Below are positions 18,658 through 28,245 of a stretch of DNA of 62,288 nt, piece by piece. Below the pieces are notes generated by a model. That model was not told where the DNA came from. It did not search any database and saw only the letters and a list, made by a program, of their open reading frames with translations. Origin of the DNA: Spirochaetia bacterium (GTDB lineage Bacteria > Spirochaetota > Spirochaetia > CADAEX01); the NCBI GenBank assembly GCA_017535435.1, contig JAFXTY010000029.1:1-62288 (forward strand), written 5' to 3'. The position numbers were made by a program, and so were the translations under genes. Each line of letters starts with the position of its first letter. Position 1 is the stretch's first letter.

Positions 18658-20012
18658 TGAAAAAAATATTTTTGATTGTATTTGTTTTTGTCTCCTGCGG
18701 CATTGCAGAAGAATACACTCATATGAAATCACCAGAGGTTTCAGACTGCTCCTATGGTGAAGGCTGTATACAGGTAACTTTTTCTTCTGAAATGAAAAGG
18801 GGAATTACGGAGCAGGCTTTCTCTTGTCTGTGCAATGATGATGTGGCTTCTGGTATGTTTGTGTGGTATGAGAAAAAAATGTGTTTTTATCCAGACGAGG
18901 GAATCAAGGATAAAAGCAGATATGAGGTGGAGGTTGGAACCAGGGCCGAGGACAGATATGGAAATTCTCTCAGGGAGACCTTCAGCTATGTTTTCTCCAC
19001 CTTGGAAAAAGAAGAGAGTTTATTTGTTCAAAAAATGAACATATCTGATGGCGATGTTGTTGCAGACCTTAGGCAGCCTATCGAGATAACATTTTCCAGT
19101 CCAGTGGATAAGGCAACGTTTTACCAGGGTTTTGGTATATCCCCTTTTGTCCCAGGAGCCCACTCCTTTAAGGACAATTGTCAGACTGTTGTCTTTGTGC
19201 CTCTTGAAAAGCTGGACTGGAGTTCATCATATACCGTCACTCTGAAAAAGAGTATAGCAGACCAATATGGAAATACACTTGGGGCCGATTGTGCTGTCAC
19301 ATTTTCCACCTCCAGGGAGCCAGCCTGCTCTCTTGAGAAAGTATGTGTGAATAATGGGGTGGAGCTTATATCAGGAGGTGCTGTAAACAAAGGAATAGAA
19401 AAAGATGCGGCGCTGGTGCTGACATATTCGGGTACAGTAGATTCTAAAGTTGTAAGAAATCCTGTTGTTATATCTCCAGTTCAGGATTATACAACAGATT
19501 GGAACGACGGGTACACCCAATGTACCGTAACCTTCAAAAAGCCCCTTCCGTATAAGACTCTTCTTGAACTTTCAGCAGGTAATGATAAGAGGTATCTCCT
19601 TTATGTGGATGGGGAAAGTTCAAAACCTCTAGAGGTGCAGAAAATTAAATTCTATCAGGATTATACGGCGGATGCAGGTGAAGTGCTGGAGCAGGGCAGC
19701 GGAATCGTGTTTGAAACTGGTTCTCAGGCTTGCTTTGAGTTTGTTTTATCGGCAGGGAGCAGCGCGGAAATTCTGACTGCAGATGCATATGGAGCGGTGG
19801 ATGTGGCTGTGTCCCGGGGGAACCTGACCATAGATCTGGAACGGCTTGAGACCGGAAAGAGAGAATCGGGGATTTTATACATAAGAGTATTCTGTTCAAT
19901 TACAGCAGGAACAATACAAACTCCGGTGGTTGTCTCTGTCAATGGAATGTTGAAAGATTCCAACGGCAATACCTTGGAAAAAGATTATGTGTTGAGGATA
20001 AATGCACTGTGA
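18654..20012 (+). CDS. Lipoprotein with tandem bacterial Ig-like (SbsA/Big_5-type) domains
   Basis: Lipobox VSC; I.VTFSSEM, IEITFSSPVD, F.P...L....Y.V and D.YGN.L....F.FST repeats. Confidence 0.72.
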   Translation: MMKKIFLIVFVFVSCGIAEEYTHMKSPEVSDCSYGEGCIQVTFSSEMKRGITEQAFSCLCNDDVASGMFVWYEKKMCFYPDEGIKDKSRYEVEVGTRAEDRYGNSLRETFSYVFSTLEKEESLFVQKMNISDGDVVADLRQPIEITFSSPVDKATFYQGFGISPFVPGAHSFKDNCQTVVFVPLEKLDWSSSYTVTLKKSIADQYGNTLGADCAVTFSTSREPACSLEKVCVNNGVELISGGAVNKGIEKDAALVLTYSGTVDSKVVRNPVVISPVQDYTTDWNDGYTQCTVTFKKPLPYKTLLELSAGNDKRYLLYVDGESSKPLEVQKIKFYQDYTADAGEVLEQGSGIVFETGSQACFEFVLSAGSSAEILTADAYGAVDVAVSRGNLTIDLERLETGKRESGILYIRVFCSITAGTIQTPVVVSVNGMLKDSNGNTLEKDYVLRINAL

Positions 20013-22843
20013 GAAAATGGGATTTTTGCATACAGCATCCTTTCTCTATACTGATCTGCTGGCTTGGTATGGCCCTTTTGGGATTAGGCAGCCTTTTCAA
20101 GCTGGACATAGGATTTTATCCCGAGGTTTCTGTTCCGTATGCAACTATAACTACAGAGTTTTCTGGTATGCCGGCAGACGATGTGGAGAAGCTGGTCACA
20201 ATACCTCTTGAAAACAGCCTTTCTGCTGTAAAGAATATCAGACAGATTTTCTCTACGTCAAAAAGAGGCGAAAGCATTATCAACCTTGAGTTGGGCTGGA
20301 GTGCAGATATGGCCGTCACAGGGAGTGATATCAGGAATAGGATTGATGCAGTATACCCTTTTCTACCTGAAAAAGTTTCCAGACCGATACTTTCATTCAA
20401 ATCATTTGCTGATTCTCATATCATGACGCTGGCTGTGTTTCCTAAGCAGGGATTCCCCTTTCCCAGGGCTTCGTCATTGGTGGATAGAGAACTGAAAAGC
20501 CGTATTTTGTCGCTGGATGGAATTGCACAGGTTCATCTTATAGGGTGCACTGAACCTGAGATTCAGATAGATGTTAATTATCCTCTTCTCATGGCAGCCC
20601 ATTCCCTTGATATTCAGAAAGTGGCAGAAGTTGTCCGGAAATGTTTTTTCCGTTATCCTGTCGGGAATATAGATGAAGGGGAGCACTGCTATTCGATTAA
20701 AGCCGAGACAGATATACAGCAGCCTGATGACCTCCGGCATATTCCGTTGGATATGGAAGGAGCTATGACAGTAGGTGATGTAGCTTCCGTGGTTCTGGGA
20801 GAAAAGGAGAGGGATTCGTTTTTCTGTCATAATGGGCAAAATGGAATAGGCCTGAGGATTATAAAGACAGGGGGAAGCAGCCTTCTTAAAACTTGTAGGG
20901 AACTTCGGAGTATGGTGGGACAGCTATCCTCTGTTTACGGGAATCTTTTTGATATTGAGATTATAGAAGACAGCTCAATGCCCCTTGAACAGGAGATATG
21001 CAATCTGTCAGTCACTATCGTGGCAGGTATCATCTGTGCCTGCATTATCATAATGATTCTGATGCAGAACATTCATGTGGCGTTCATTGTCATCCTGTCC
21101 CTACCGTTCTCGCTTCTGCCTCTGTTTGTCTGCATGCACTGCGCCGGCATATCATTGAACATAATCACACTCTCTGCACTTGCTGTAGGTTCTGGAATGG
21201 TTTTCGACAACGCTGTGGTGGTCACAGGATATCTTCTTGAGAATAAACCTTATTATAGTTGTGTTCCTGCAGTCATCGGCTCCACCCTCACTACAATCAT
21301 CATCTTTGTTCCTGTCATTCTTCTCCCTGGCCTCATGGGCAAAGTTTTTTCAACGCTGGCAGTCACTGTCATCATGTATCTTGCTATTTCCTGCCTTGTA
21401 TCTCTTACCTTGACTCCGGCGTTATTTGCCATGATGAAAGATGGCATCAGATATAGTCCGAAAGCTTTTGCTTTTGAGAAATGGTATGAAAAATATCTGA
21501 ATAGAATGAGGACAAAGAAGATTATACTTGCTTTCATTGCCTCTGCTGTTCTGCTTCCATTCTGCCTTTTGTTTCTTATACAGTTTAAGACAGTTCCGGA
21601 GATGAAATCAAACAATGTTGATATACAGGTTGCATTCCCTTATGGATATCCTTTCTCGTCCTATATGGCTTGGGCCGGCGAGCTGGAAGAGCAGATTTAT
21701 AAAAGCCGGCTATGTTCAGATATCACAATTTATGGCGGTTATGACAGAGATTCACAGCAGGATTTGAACATATTCATATTCAATATGCGGAATGTGGATA
21801 AGGGTAGGGTTGAGCCGCTGTTTGATGATTCAAAATGGGATTATCAGGTACTGGAATCCAAGAACTTTCTTTCTGCTCTGGTAGGGGATGACAGTCTCTA
21901 TTCCATCACTTCTTCTGATCGGGCAACTCTTGAGAAAGAAGTTTTATCTGTCGGAGATAGAGCGCGGAAAGATGGAGTTTCAGCTACAGCAGTCCATGGT
22001 ATGAGGATTTTCCCGGAATACATGATTTCAGTCTCTGATAATATTGTTTCTGCAGCCCTCGCTCCTTCTGATATTTTCAATGCTGTTTCACTGGCTGTCG
22101 AGGGCTGTGTGGTATCCCAGATGGAACTGGATGGGGAGCCTGTGGATATCAGACTCAGATATGGAAAAGAGTTTGTGGATACACCTGAGAAGATAGCTGC
22201 TCTTCAGTTTAAGAATGATGGAAAGATGTTGTTTACCCAACCTTTTATTCAGCTGAAGAAAAGGTATGATTACTTTGCCCTCGACAGGTTGAACCGGCAG
22301 AATGCTATACTTCTGACTTTCGTACCTGACAATGGAAATGGTTATGGTGCCAGGAAAATCTCAGATGCGCTGACTAAGATTCATAAGCGGGAAATCTTTA
22401 TTGTTTTTTCAGGAGCACTGGTGTTTATCTGGTTCGTGCTTGCAATCCAGTTTGAGTCCTGCCGGAAGCCATTTCTTATTCTTTGTACCGTTCCTATGGG
22501 TGTTTCGGGAAGCCTTCTTGCCCTGTTTGTGGCGGGAAAGAGCCTGAATATCAGTTCTGTACTGGGGCTTATGATACTCTCTGGAACTGGGGTTAACTCA
22601 GGAATACTTATTTTATCTGATGCAGCCCGAGGTGTTCCTATTGCACGGGCCGCTTTATCCCGATTCAGAACAGTTTGCCTGACCCTTTTGTCGACAGTTA
22701 TGACTCTGCTGCCTGTTGCTCTTTTTGATTCGAATCCAATTCAGAATTGCGCCTCGATTTCTCTGCTTGGTGGACTTCTGTTCGGTACAGCAGCCCTGTT
22801 TGCACTTGTGCCTGCTCTTGTAAAGGAGGATTGCAGTGGATAA
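20009..22843 (+). CDS. AcrB/AcrD/AcrF-family RND permease subunit
   Basis: YPEVSVP...G...DVEKLVTIPLE; TM4 GMVFDNAVVV; TM5 GSTLTTIIIFVP; TM8-12 with QFES..KPFLI, GVNSGIL and RFRTVCLT..TVMTLLP. Confidence 0.9.
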   Translation: MRKWDFCIQHPFSILICWLGMALLGLGSLFKLDIGFYPEVSVPYATITTEFSGMPADDVEKLVTIPLENSLSAVKNIRQIFSTSKRGESIINLELGWSADMAVTGSDIRNRIDAVYPFLPEKVSRPILSFKSFADSHIMTLAVFPKQGFPFPRASSLVDRELKSRILSLDGIAQVHLIGCTEPEIQIDVNYPLLMAAHSLDIQKVAEVVRKCFFRYPVGNIDEGEHCYSIKAETDIQQPDDLRHIPLDMEGAMTVGDVASVVLGEKERDSFFCHNGQNGIGLRIIKTGGSSLLKTCRELRSMVGQLSSVYGNLFDIEIIEDSSMPLEQEICNLSVTIVAGIICACIIIMILMQNIHVAFIVILSLPFSLLPLFVCMHCAGISLNIITLSALAVGSGMVFDNAVVVTGYLLENKPYYSCVPAVIGSTLTTIIIFVPVILLPGLMGKVFSTLAVTVIMYLAISCLVSLTLTPALFAMMKDGIRYSPKAFAFEKWYEKYLNRMRTKKIILAFIASAVLLPFCLLFLIQFKTVPEMKSNNVDIQVAFPYGYPFSSYMAWAGELEEQIYKSRLCSDITIYGGYDRDSQQDLNIFIFNMRNVDKGRVEPLFDDSKWDYQVLESKNFLSALVGDDSLYSITSSDRATLEKEVLSVGDRARKDGVSATAVHGMRIFPEYMISVSDNIVSAALAPSDIFNAVSLAVEGCVVSQMELDGEPVDIRLRYGKEFVDTPEKIAALQFKNDGKMLFTQPFIQLKKRYDYFALDRLNRQNAILLTFVPDNGNGYGARKISDALTKIHKREIFIVFSGALVFIWFVLAIQFESCRKPFLILCTVPMGVSGSLLALFVAGKSLNISSVLGLMILSGTGVNSGILILSDAARGVPIARAALSRFRTVCLTLLSTVMTLLPVALFDSNPIQNCASISLLGGLLFGTAALFALVPALVKEDCSG

Positions 22844-25826
22844 CAATTTTATGAACTTTCGGCTTAAACTTATTTTTCTTGCCCTTTGTATCCTTATTTT
22901 CCTTGCTATAAAAGGACATATCAGATTGGGGTATGCCCCAGAACTTGAGAAAAAAAATATTGCAATTGCCTTTGACTATTATGGTGCGTTTGAGAAAGAG
23001 GTAGAAAGTCTTGTTTCCAGCCTTGAAGAGGCCTATATGGAATTGGAGGGAATAAAGGATATACACTCAGTATCTGAACCTGGAAAAGGATACATCCTTT
23101 GCATGTTCTCCGATAAGACCAAACTCGATGAAGCCTATGTTCAGGTCTCTGATATCACATCCAATGTATGGTCAGATTTCCCAGCTGGAGTGAACCGTCC
23201 TTCCATAACACGTAGCTCCAGGGATACATATCCTGTCTACATTTCTTATTTTCCGTTGGAAAAAGAAGCTGATGCTGATCTTATCAAGAAAGCATATGAG
23301 GCGGTACCTGGAGTGGGGAATGTAGAACTTGGTGGTCTGAAGAAGAAGGAACTGATGGTGGAGTTGACGTCTGGGCGTTCCGCCGGCATGGCGCTGCCCG
23401 GCGAGGTGCTGGGCAGCAGGCTGCGGAGCAGCAACCTTGCACGCAAGGTTGCCATGCCAGGAGGAGAGACGCTGGTTCTTTCTTCCCGCCTCTCTTCGGC
23501 AGCGGATTTCAGCCAGGTGCATATGACTCCCAGCTTAAAGCTTTCTGATCTGGCAGATATTAAGCATCAGTTGGCAGTGTCCCAAAGTCTAGGACATATC
23601 AATGGGCAATCTGTACTGCTCTTTTTTATAATGAAATCAGGAGAAGGAAATACTGTCCGGCTTTGCCGAGAACTGGAGAAAGTGACGTCACAATTCAACG
23701 GCGGTAAACTTTACAGTCTTGGGAAAAAGATAGAAAAATCATTCATAGGTTCCTCTTCTATACTCCTTCTCCTGTTTATTTTTTTATTGTTTGGCCAGTG
23801 GTTCAAGACCAGAAATATTCATCTTGCAGCACAGGCTATCTGCCGTTGTATAATAGCTCTCCTTGTCGCCATCTCTTCCGTCACTGCCATAGGTCAACAG
23901 GTTGATATGACGGTGATGATGGCCCTTTTCTTAGTTGTTGCTTTTTCGTTTATGGGCGGGAGAGTACAGGTTCAGAATAATGTACCACAACATTACAAAG
24001 AACCGATAAACAAACAGGATATATTGATACTCCGCAGCATCGGCAGAAAGAGCATAAACGATTTCACCAGTGAAGATATTGAGAAATCTGGCAAATGGGC
24101 ATATAAGTTCTGGCAACAGCTTGGAATAAAGTCTCCTTTTTACCGCCGTTTATTTGGTGACTGGCGAGAGGATGATATTAGTAATGTAAATCAGATTAAA
24201 GAAATTAAACTTCTTAAAGCCAAAGACCAGAATGAGGCAGTTTCTTATATAAAGGTTAAAGTAAAAGATGGCACGCTGTTTAGAGGTGATAAAACAAATT
24301 CTGATACTGGTTTAAAAATTAACATAGGAAGGCAGGTATATGGTGATACTGTTACTTATGCAAACCGAGCATATTCACGAGAAAGAAAACATGACGAATA
24401 TGAAGCATTTAATAATTATTTAGCAAAGATGTCTATACTTGCCAGCATTGGAGATATTGTTGAAAGGTCTATATTGCTTGATACAAAGATAAATGATGAC
24501 CAGGAAAACCCGTATAGGAGTTTTATGCACCATTTCTACTGTATTGCAAACATAGGAAACAGTAGTTATTTGGTTAAACTTTTAGTTGATGAAATCAATT
24601 CAGAAGGGGGAGATACTTACAGGGCTTACAATGTAAAAGACATAAAAATAGCACCTGTTGTCGGAATCAAGGTTTATAAGCCTTCACGTACAACAAGTGC
24701 TGATGGAAGTTCAACTTCCACTTACACTGTAGCAGACCTGCATTCACTTGTCAAGAAATATGATAAAGCGTTTCATCCGAGACATTGTGAACATCGTCCG
24801 AAAGAGATTCTTGCTGTACCTGTGTTATTAATCTTTTTAACAATGATTATTTTACTTTATGCCCCAGTTTACCTTATGAACCTGGTGCTTCCATTCTGTG
24901 CCGCTCTAACAGCTGGTTGCTGTGCTTCTGCTCTCTTTTTGTATGTTACAAAGAAAATCATATTGCCACAATTCCGTATCCCTCTGTGGGGCTTTTCGCC
25001 GATCCTGCTTTTTGCCCTGGGATTGTCCCCGTTTTCCCCGTTCTCGTCCTTTGGCACTGATGTTTCTTTCTCTCTTGAATATGATAGCGGAACTTCTTTT
25101 CATTTTATCCAGCAAAGTGCACTTGATATTGAAGCTGACCTTCTGAAATGGAATGCTTTTGATTGTCTTACGCTTCATATCGATCAGGGAAAGGCCTCTT
25201 TTACTGTCCTGGGGGTTAAGAAACGCGATATTCTGGCTAAAATCAATAAATTATCAGTTCTGTATCCAGAAATATTCTTTTATATTCCGGAAAAACATAC
25301 CAGACATTCCATTGATGTGACTGTTTATGGTAATGATGTGTCTGAAATCGAAAATAATATATTGCAACTGGCAAAATATGTGAATAAATATACAAATAAT
25401 GTGAATATTATCTATAATTTTAAATCTGATGTGACAAATATTGTGTTTGAGATTCCCGTGAAGTGTACTTCGGCAGGACTTTATCCCTATGAGGTTTATA
25501 AAACTCTCTATTACACTGTCTCAGAGCCAGTGGTGGACAAATATTTTGCTGATGATATGGAGACTGATGTGAAAATCCGAGGTGATGTCCGGTATCGAGA
25601 AACCCTTTCCGGGCTCCTTTCTGTTCCGGTTCTTTCCCCATTTGGCATGGCGGGGGAGGTGGGTGACTATATCAATGTCCGAAGGGAATCAGCTCAGGGA
25701 CGTATTTATCATAAGAACAGGATGAGGATCTTGAGCTTCTCTGTAACTGGAATCAGAAGGGCAAGACTTCGGGAAATAGTCTCCAAATTCCCTTTTACCG
25801 GCAGCTGCCATGGAGAAGTGGGTTAA
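22836..25826 (+). CDS. Degenerate AcrB-like subunit lacking TM8-12, with an in-frame ~275-aa foreign domain
   Basis: N-terminal RND porter domain (GAFEKEVE, LPAGVNRP-like FPAGVNRPSI); TM2-4; insert at ~23961-24795; TM5-7; second periplasmic domain ending RIYHKNRMR; stop before TM8. Confidence 0.75.
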   Translation: MDNNFMNFRLKLIFLALCILIFLAIKGHIRLGYAPELEKKNIAIAFDYYGAFEKEVESLVSSLEEAYMELEGIKDIHSVSEPGKGYILCMFSDKTKLDEAYVQVSDITSNVWSDFPAGVNRPSITRSSRDTYPVYISYFPLEKEADADLIKKAYEAVPGVGNVELGGLKKKELMVELTSGRSAGMALPGEVLGSRLRSSNLARKVAMPGGETLVLSSRLSSAADFSQVHMTPSLKLSDLADIKHQLAVSQSLGHINGQSVLLFFIMKSGEGNTVRLCRELEKVTSQFNGGKLYSLGKKIEKSFIGSSSILLLLFIFLLFGQWFKTRNIHLAAQAICRCIIALLVAISSVTAIGQQVDMTVMMALFLVVAFSFMGGRVQVQNNVPQHYKEPINKQDILILRSIGRKSINDFTSEDIEKSGKWAYKFWQQLGIKSPFYRRLFGDWREDDISNVNQIKEIKLLKAKDQNEAVSYIKVKVKDGTLFRGDKTNSDTGLKINIGRQVYGDTVTYANRAYSRERKHDEYEAFNNYLAKMSILASIGDIVERSILLDTKINDDQENPYRSFMHHFYCIANIGNSSYLVKLLVDEINSEGGDTYRAYNVKDIKIAPVVGIKVYKPSRTTSADGSSTSTYTVADLHSLVKKYDKAFHPRHCEHRPKEILAVPVLLIFLTMIILLYAPVYLMNLVLPFCAALTAGCCASALFLYVTKKIILPQFRIPLWGFSPILLFALGLSPFSPFSSFGTDVSFSLEYDSGTSFHFIQQSALDIEADLLKWNAFDCLTLHIDQGKASFTVLGVKKRDILAKINKLSVLYPEIFFYIPEKHTRHSIDVTVYGNDVSEIENNILQLAKYVNKYTNNVNIIYNFKSDVTNIVFEIPVKCTSAGLYPYEVYKTLYYTVSEPVVDKYFADDMETDVKIRGDVRYRETLSGLLSVPVLSPFGMAGEVGDYINVRRESAQGRIYHKNRMRILSFSVTGIRRARLREIVSKFPFTGSCHGEVG

Positions 25827-25913
25827 TAAACCCTATTATAATTATATTTTACTTGTATAAGCTCTCTTTTTAGTATATTTTAGAACAAGATAAATTAAAG
25901 AGGTATTATCTGT

Positions 25914-28244
25914 ATGAAAAGAAGATTGATAACATCTGCACTGCCTTATGTAAACAATATTCCGCACCTGGGAAACCTTATCCAGATGCTTTCCGGTGAT
26001 GTTTTTGCCCGGTTCTGCCGGCTCAGGGGTTATGATACCCTATATATCTGCGGTACTGACGAGTATGGTACTGCCACCGAGACCAGAGCTCTGGAGGAGA
26101 AGAAGACCCCACGGGAACTGTGTGACTACTATTTTGCAGAACATACAAAGATTTACGACTGGTTCCATATTGATTTTGACAAGTTCGGCCGCACCTCCAA
26201 TGATGAGTGCACCGAAGTGACCCAGGGGCTTTTCAACGACCTGGACAAGGCCGGACTTATAACTGAGCACACAAACAAGCAGCTTTTCTGTCCTCATTGC
26301 AACATGTTCCTATCCGACCGGTATGTGCGCGGTATCTGCCCTAAGTGCGGCGCTGATGATGCCCGGGGCGATCAGTGCGACGGCTGCGGTTCCCTGCTGG
26401 ATCCGATTGATCTTAAGGAGCCTAAGTGTGTGACCTGTGGATCTACTCCAGAGGTAAGGGAGACCAAGCACCTTTACATAAACCTTCCTGCCATCAGCGG
26501 CAAGCTGGAAGCTTGGATGGACAAGGTGAGCAAGGATGGCAAGTGGTCTGACAATGCAATAAACACTACCAAGTCCTGGCTCAAGGCAGGTCTCAACGAA
26601 CGGGCTATCACCCGTGACCTCAAGTGGGGTATCCCTGTTCCAAAAGCTGGCTATGAGAACAAAGTGTTCTATGTATGGTTCAATGCCCCGATCGGATATA
26701 TCTCCATAACTGCTCAGCTGGCAAACGAGCTTAAGAAAGCCGGCAAGGCAAGCTTTGACTGGAAGAGCTGGTGGCTCCCGGAGGAAAGCGAGGAGGCCAA
26801 GGGCAAGGAAGATATTGAGCTCTTCCAGTTCATCGGAAAGGACAATATCCCATTCCATACAGTGATCTTCCCATGCACACTGCTGGGATCCGGCCACAAC
26901 TGGACAAAGCTGTTCCATATGAGCTCATCTGAATACTTGAACTACGAGGATGGCAAGTTCAGCAAGTCCCGCGGCGTAGGCGTATTCGGAAGCGATGCCA
27001 TTGCCACTGGTATTCCTGCTGATGCATGGCGTTTCTATATCTTCTACAACCGGCCGGAGAAATCAGACTTCCAGTTCACCTGGAAGGATTTCCAGGAAAA
27101 GATGAACAGCGAACTTATCGGAAACCTGGGCAACTTGGTGAACCGCACCCTTCTGTTTGTCAACAAATACTATGACGGCAAGATTCCGGAGGCTCCTGTG
27201 GACGAGGCTCTGTGGGCCGATATCCATGCACGGGAAGCCAAGATTGCCGAGCTTCTTGAGTGGGCAGAACTTAAAGATGCATTCCACGAGATGTTTGCCA
27301 TCTCCGACATCGCCAACAAAGCATTCCAGGCTGCCGAGCCATGGAAAACCAGGAACACCGACCCAGAGCTGGCTGCCAAGCTTATCCATAACCTGTGCTA
27401 TGTGATCAAGGACCTTATGATCATGATGCATCCGTATATGCCACAGTACACTCAGAAGGTGATGAGCTATTTCGGCGCCTCAATCTTCGAGAGCCGCGTG
27501 GATCTTGGCTCGAAGCCTGGAATGGGCTGGGACGCTGTGGGCAAGACCGAAGGGCTTTCCACAGTAGGGCCGACAGAGGTTTTCTTCAAACCTATGGACA
27601 AGAAGACTATGGAATCATTCCGGGATCAGTTCTCCGGCAACCAGAAGGACCGCAAAGAGGCAAAGCCACAGCAGGCCCAGCCGCAGAAGCAGCAGCCTAA
27701 AAAGCAGAAGGCTCCAGAGCCTGAAGTGCTGCCCGCTGCGGAGCAGCCCGCATTCTTTGCCAAGAATATACGGCTCAAGGTGGCTAAGATTGTCAGCGTA
27801 GAGCGGAACCCCGAGAGCGACAAGCTTTATATTGAACACCTGGATGACGGAAGCGGCGAGGACCGGGTTATCCAGAGCGGCCTGGTGCCATACCTGACTC
27901 CGGAGCAGCTTCTGGGCAAGCACATTATCCTGGCTGACAATCTTAAGCCACGTAAGATGCGTGGGGTTGAGAGCCGCGGTATGCTGCTGGCTGCCGACTA
28001 CAAGGATGCCGATGGCAAAGAATGCGTAGAGGTGCTTTCTGCACCTTGGGCAGCACCTGGAACGAATGTAGTTCTTGAGGGTGACGATGTGAATGCTGTT
28101 AAACCGGACAATATTGAGGCAGATATGTTCTTCAGCATTGAGATCAATGTAGTGGATAAAAATGTGGAGATAGGGGGCAAGAAACTGACTGCCGATGGAA
28201 AGGTTCTTACTACCGAATTCACTGTGAACGGCGGGGTGCACTGA
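25914..28244 (+). CDS. metG: Methionyl-tRNA synthetase with C-terminal tRNA-binding domain
   Basis: ITSALPYVNNIPHLGN (HIGH), Zn knuckle, FIGKDNIPFH, KFSKS (KMSKS) and an OB-fold C-terminus. Confidence 0.97.
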   Translation: MKRRLITSALPYVNNIPHLGNLIQMLSGDVFARFCRLRGYDTLYICGTDEYGTATETRALEEKKTPRELCDYYFAEHTKIYDWFHIDFDKFGRTSNDECTEVTQGLFNDLDKAGLITEHTNKQLFCPHCNMFLSDRYVRGICPKCGADDARGDQCDGCGSLLDPIDLKEPKCVTCGSTPEVRETKHLYINLPAISGKLEAWMDKVSKDGKWSDNAINTTKSWLKAGLNERAITRDLKWGIPVPKAGYENKVFYVWFNAPIGYISITAQLANELKKAGKASFDWKSWWLPEESEEAKGKEDIELFQFIGKDNIPFHTVIFPCTLLGSGHNWTKLFHMSSSEYLNYEDGKFSKSRGVGVFGSDAIATGIPADAWRFYIFYNRPEKSDFQFTWKDFQEKMNSELIGNLGNLVNRTLLFVNKYYDGKIPEAPVDEALWADIHAREAKIAELLEWAELKDAFHEMFAISDIANKAFQAAEPWKTRNTDPELAAKLIHNLCYVIKDLMIMMHPYMPQYTQKVMSYFGASIFESRVDLGSKPGMGWDAVGKTEGLSTVGPTEVFFKPMDKKTMESFRDQFSGNQKDRKEAKPQQAQPQKQQPKKQKAPEPEVLPAAEQPAFFAKNIRLKVAKIVSVERNPESDKLYIEHLDDGSGEDRVIQSGLVPYLTPEQLLGKHIILADNLKPRKMRGVESRGMLLAADYKDADGKECVEVLSAPWAAPGTNVVLEGDDVNAVKPDNIEADMFFSIEINVVDKNVEIGGKKLTADGKVLTTEFTVNGGVH

Positions 28245-28245
28245 T

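Noticed and set aside
23961-24795. Intein or group II intron as the explanation for the RND insert
   Set aside because: No N-terminal Cys/Ser block A, no His-Asn-Cys/Ser/Thr C-terminal junction, no LAGLIDADG/HNH or reverse transcriptase motifs, and no obvious target-site duplication.
25827-25913. attR for an element integrated at tRNA-Pro
   Set aside because: No copy of the tRNA-Pro 3' end (CACCATTCCGA) found here and no integrase in the window.
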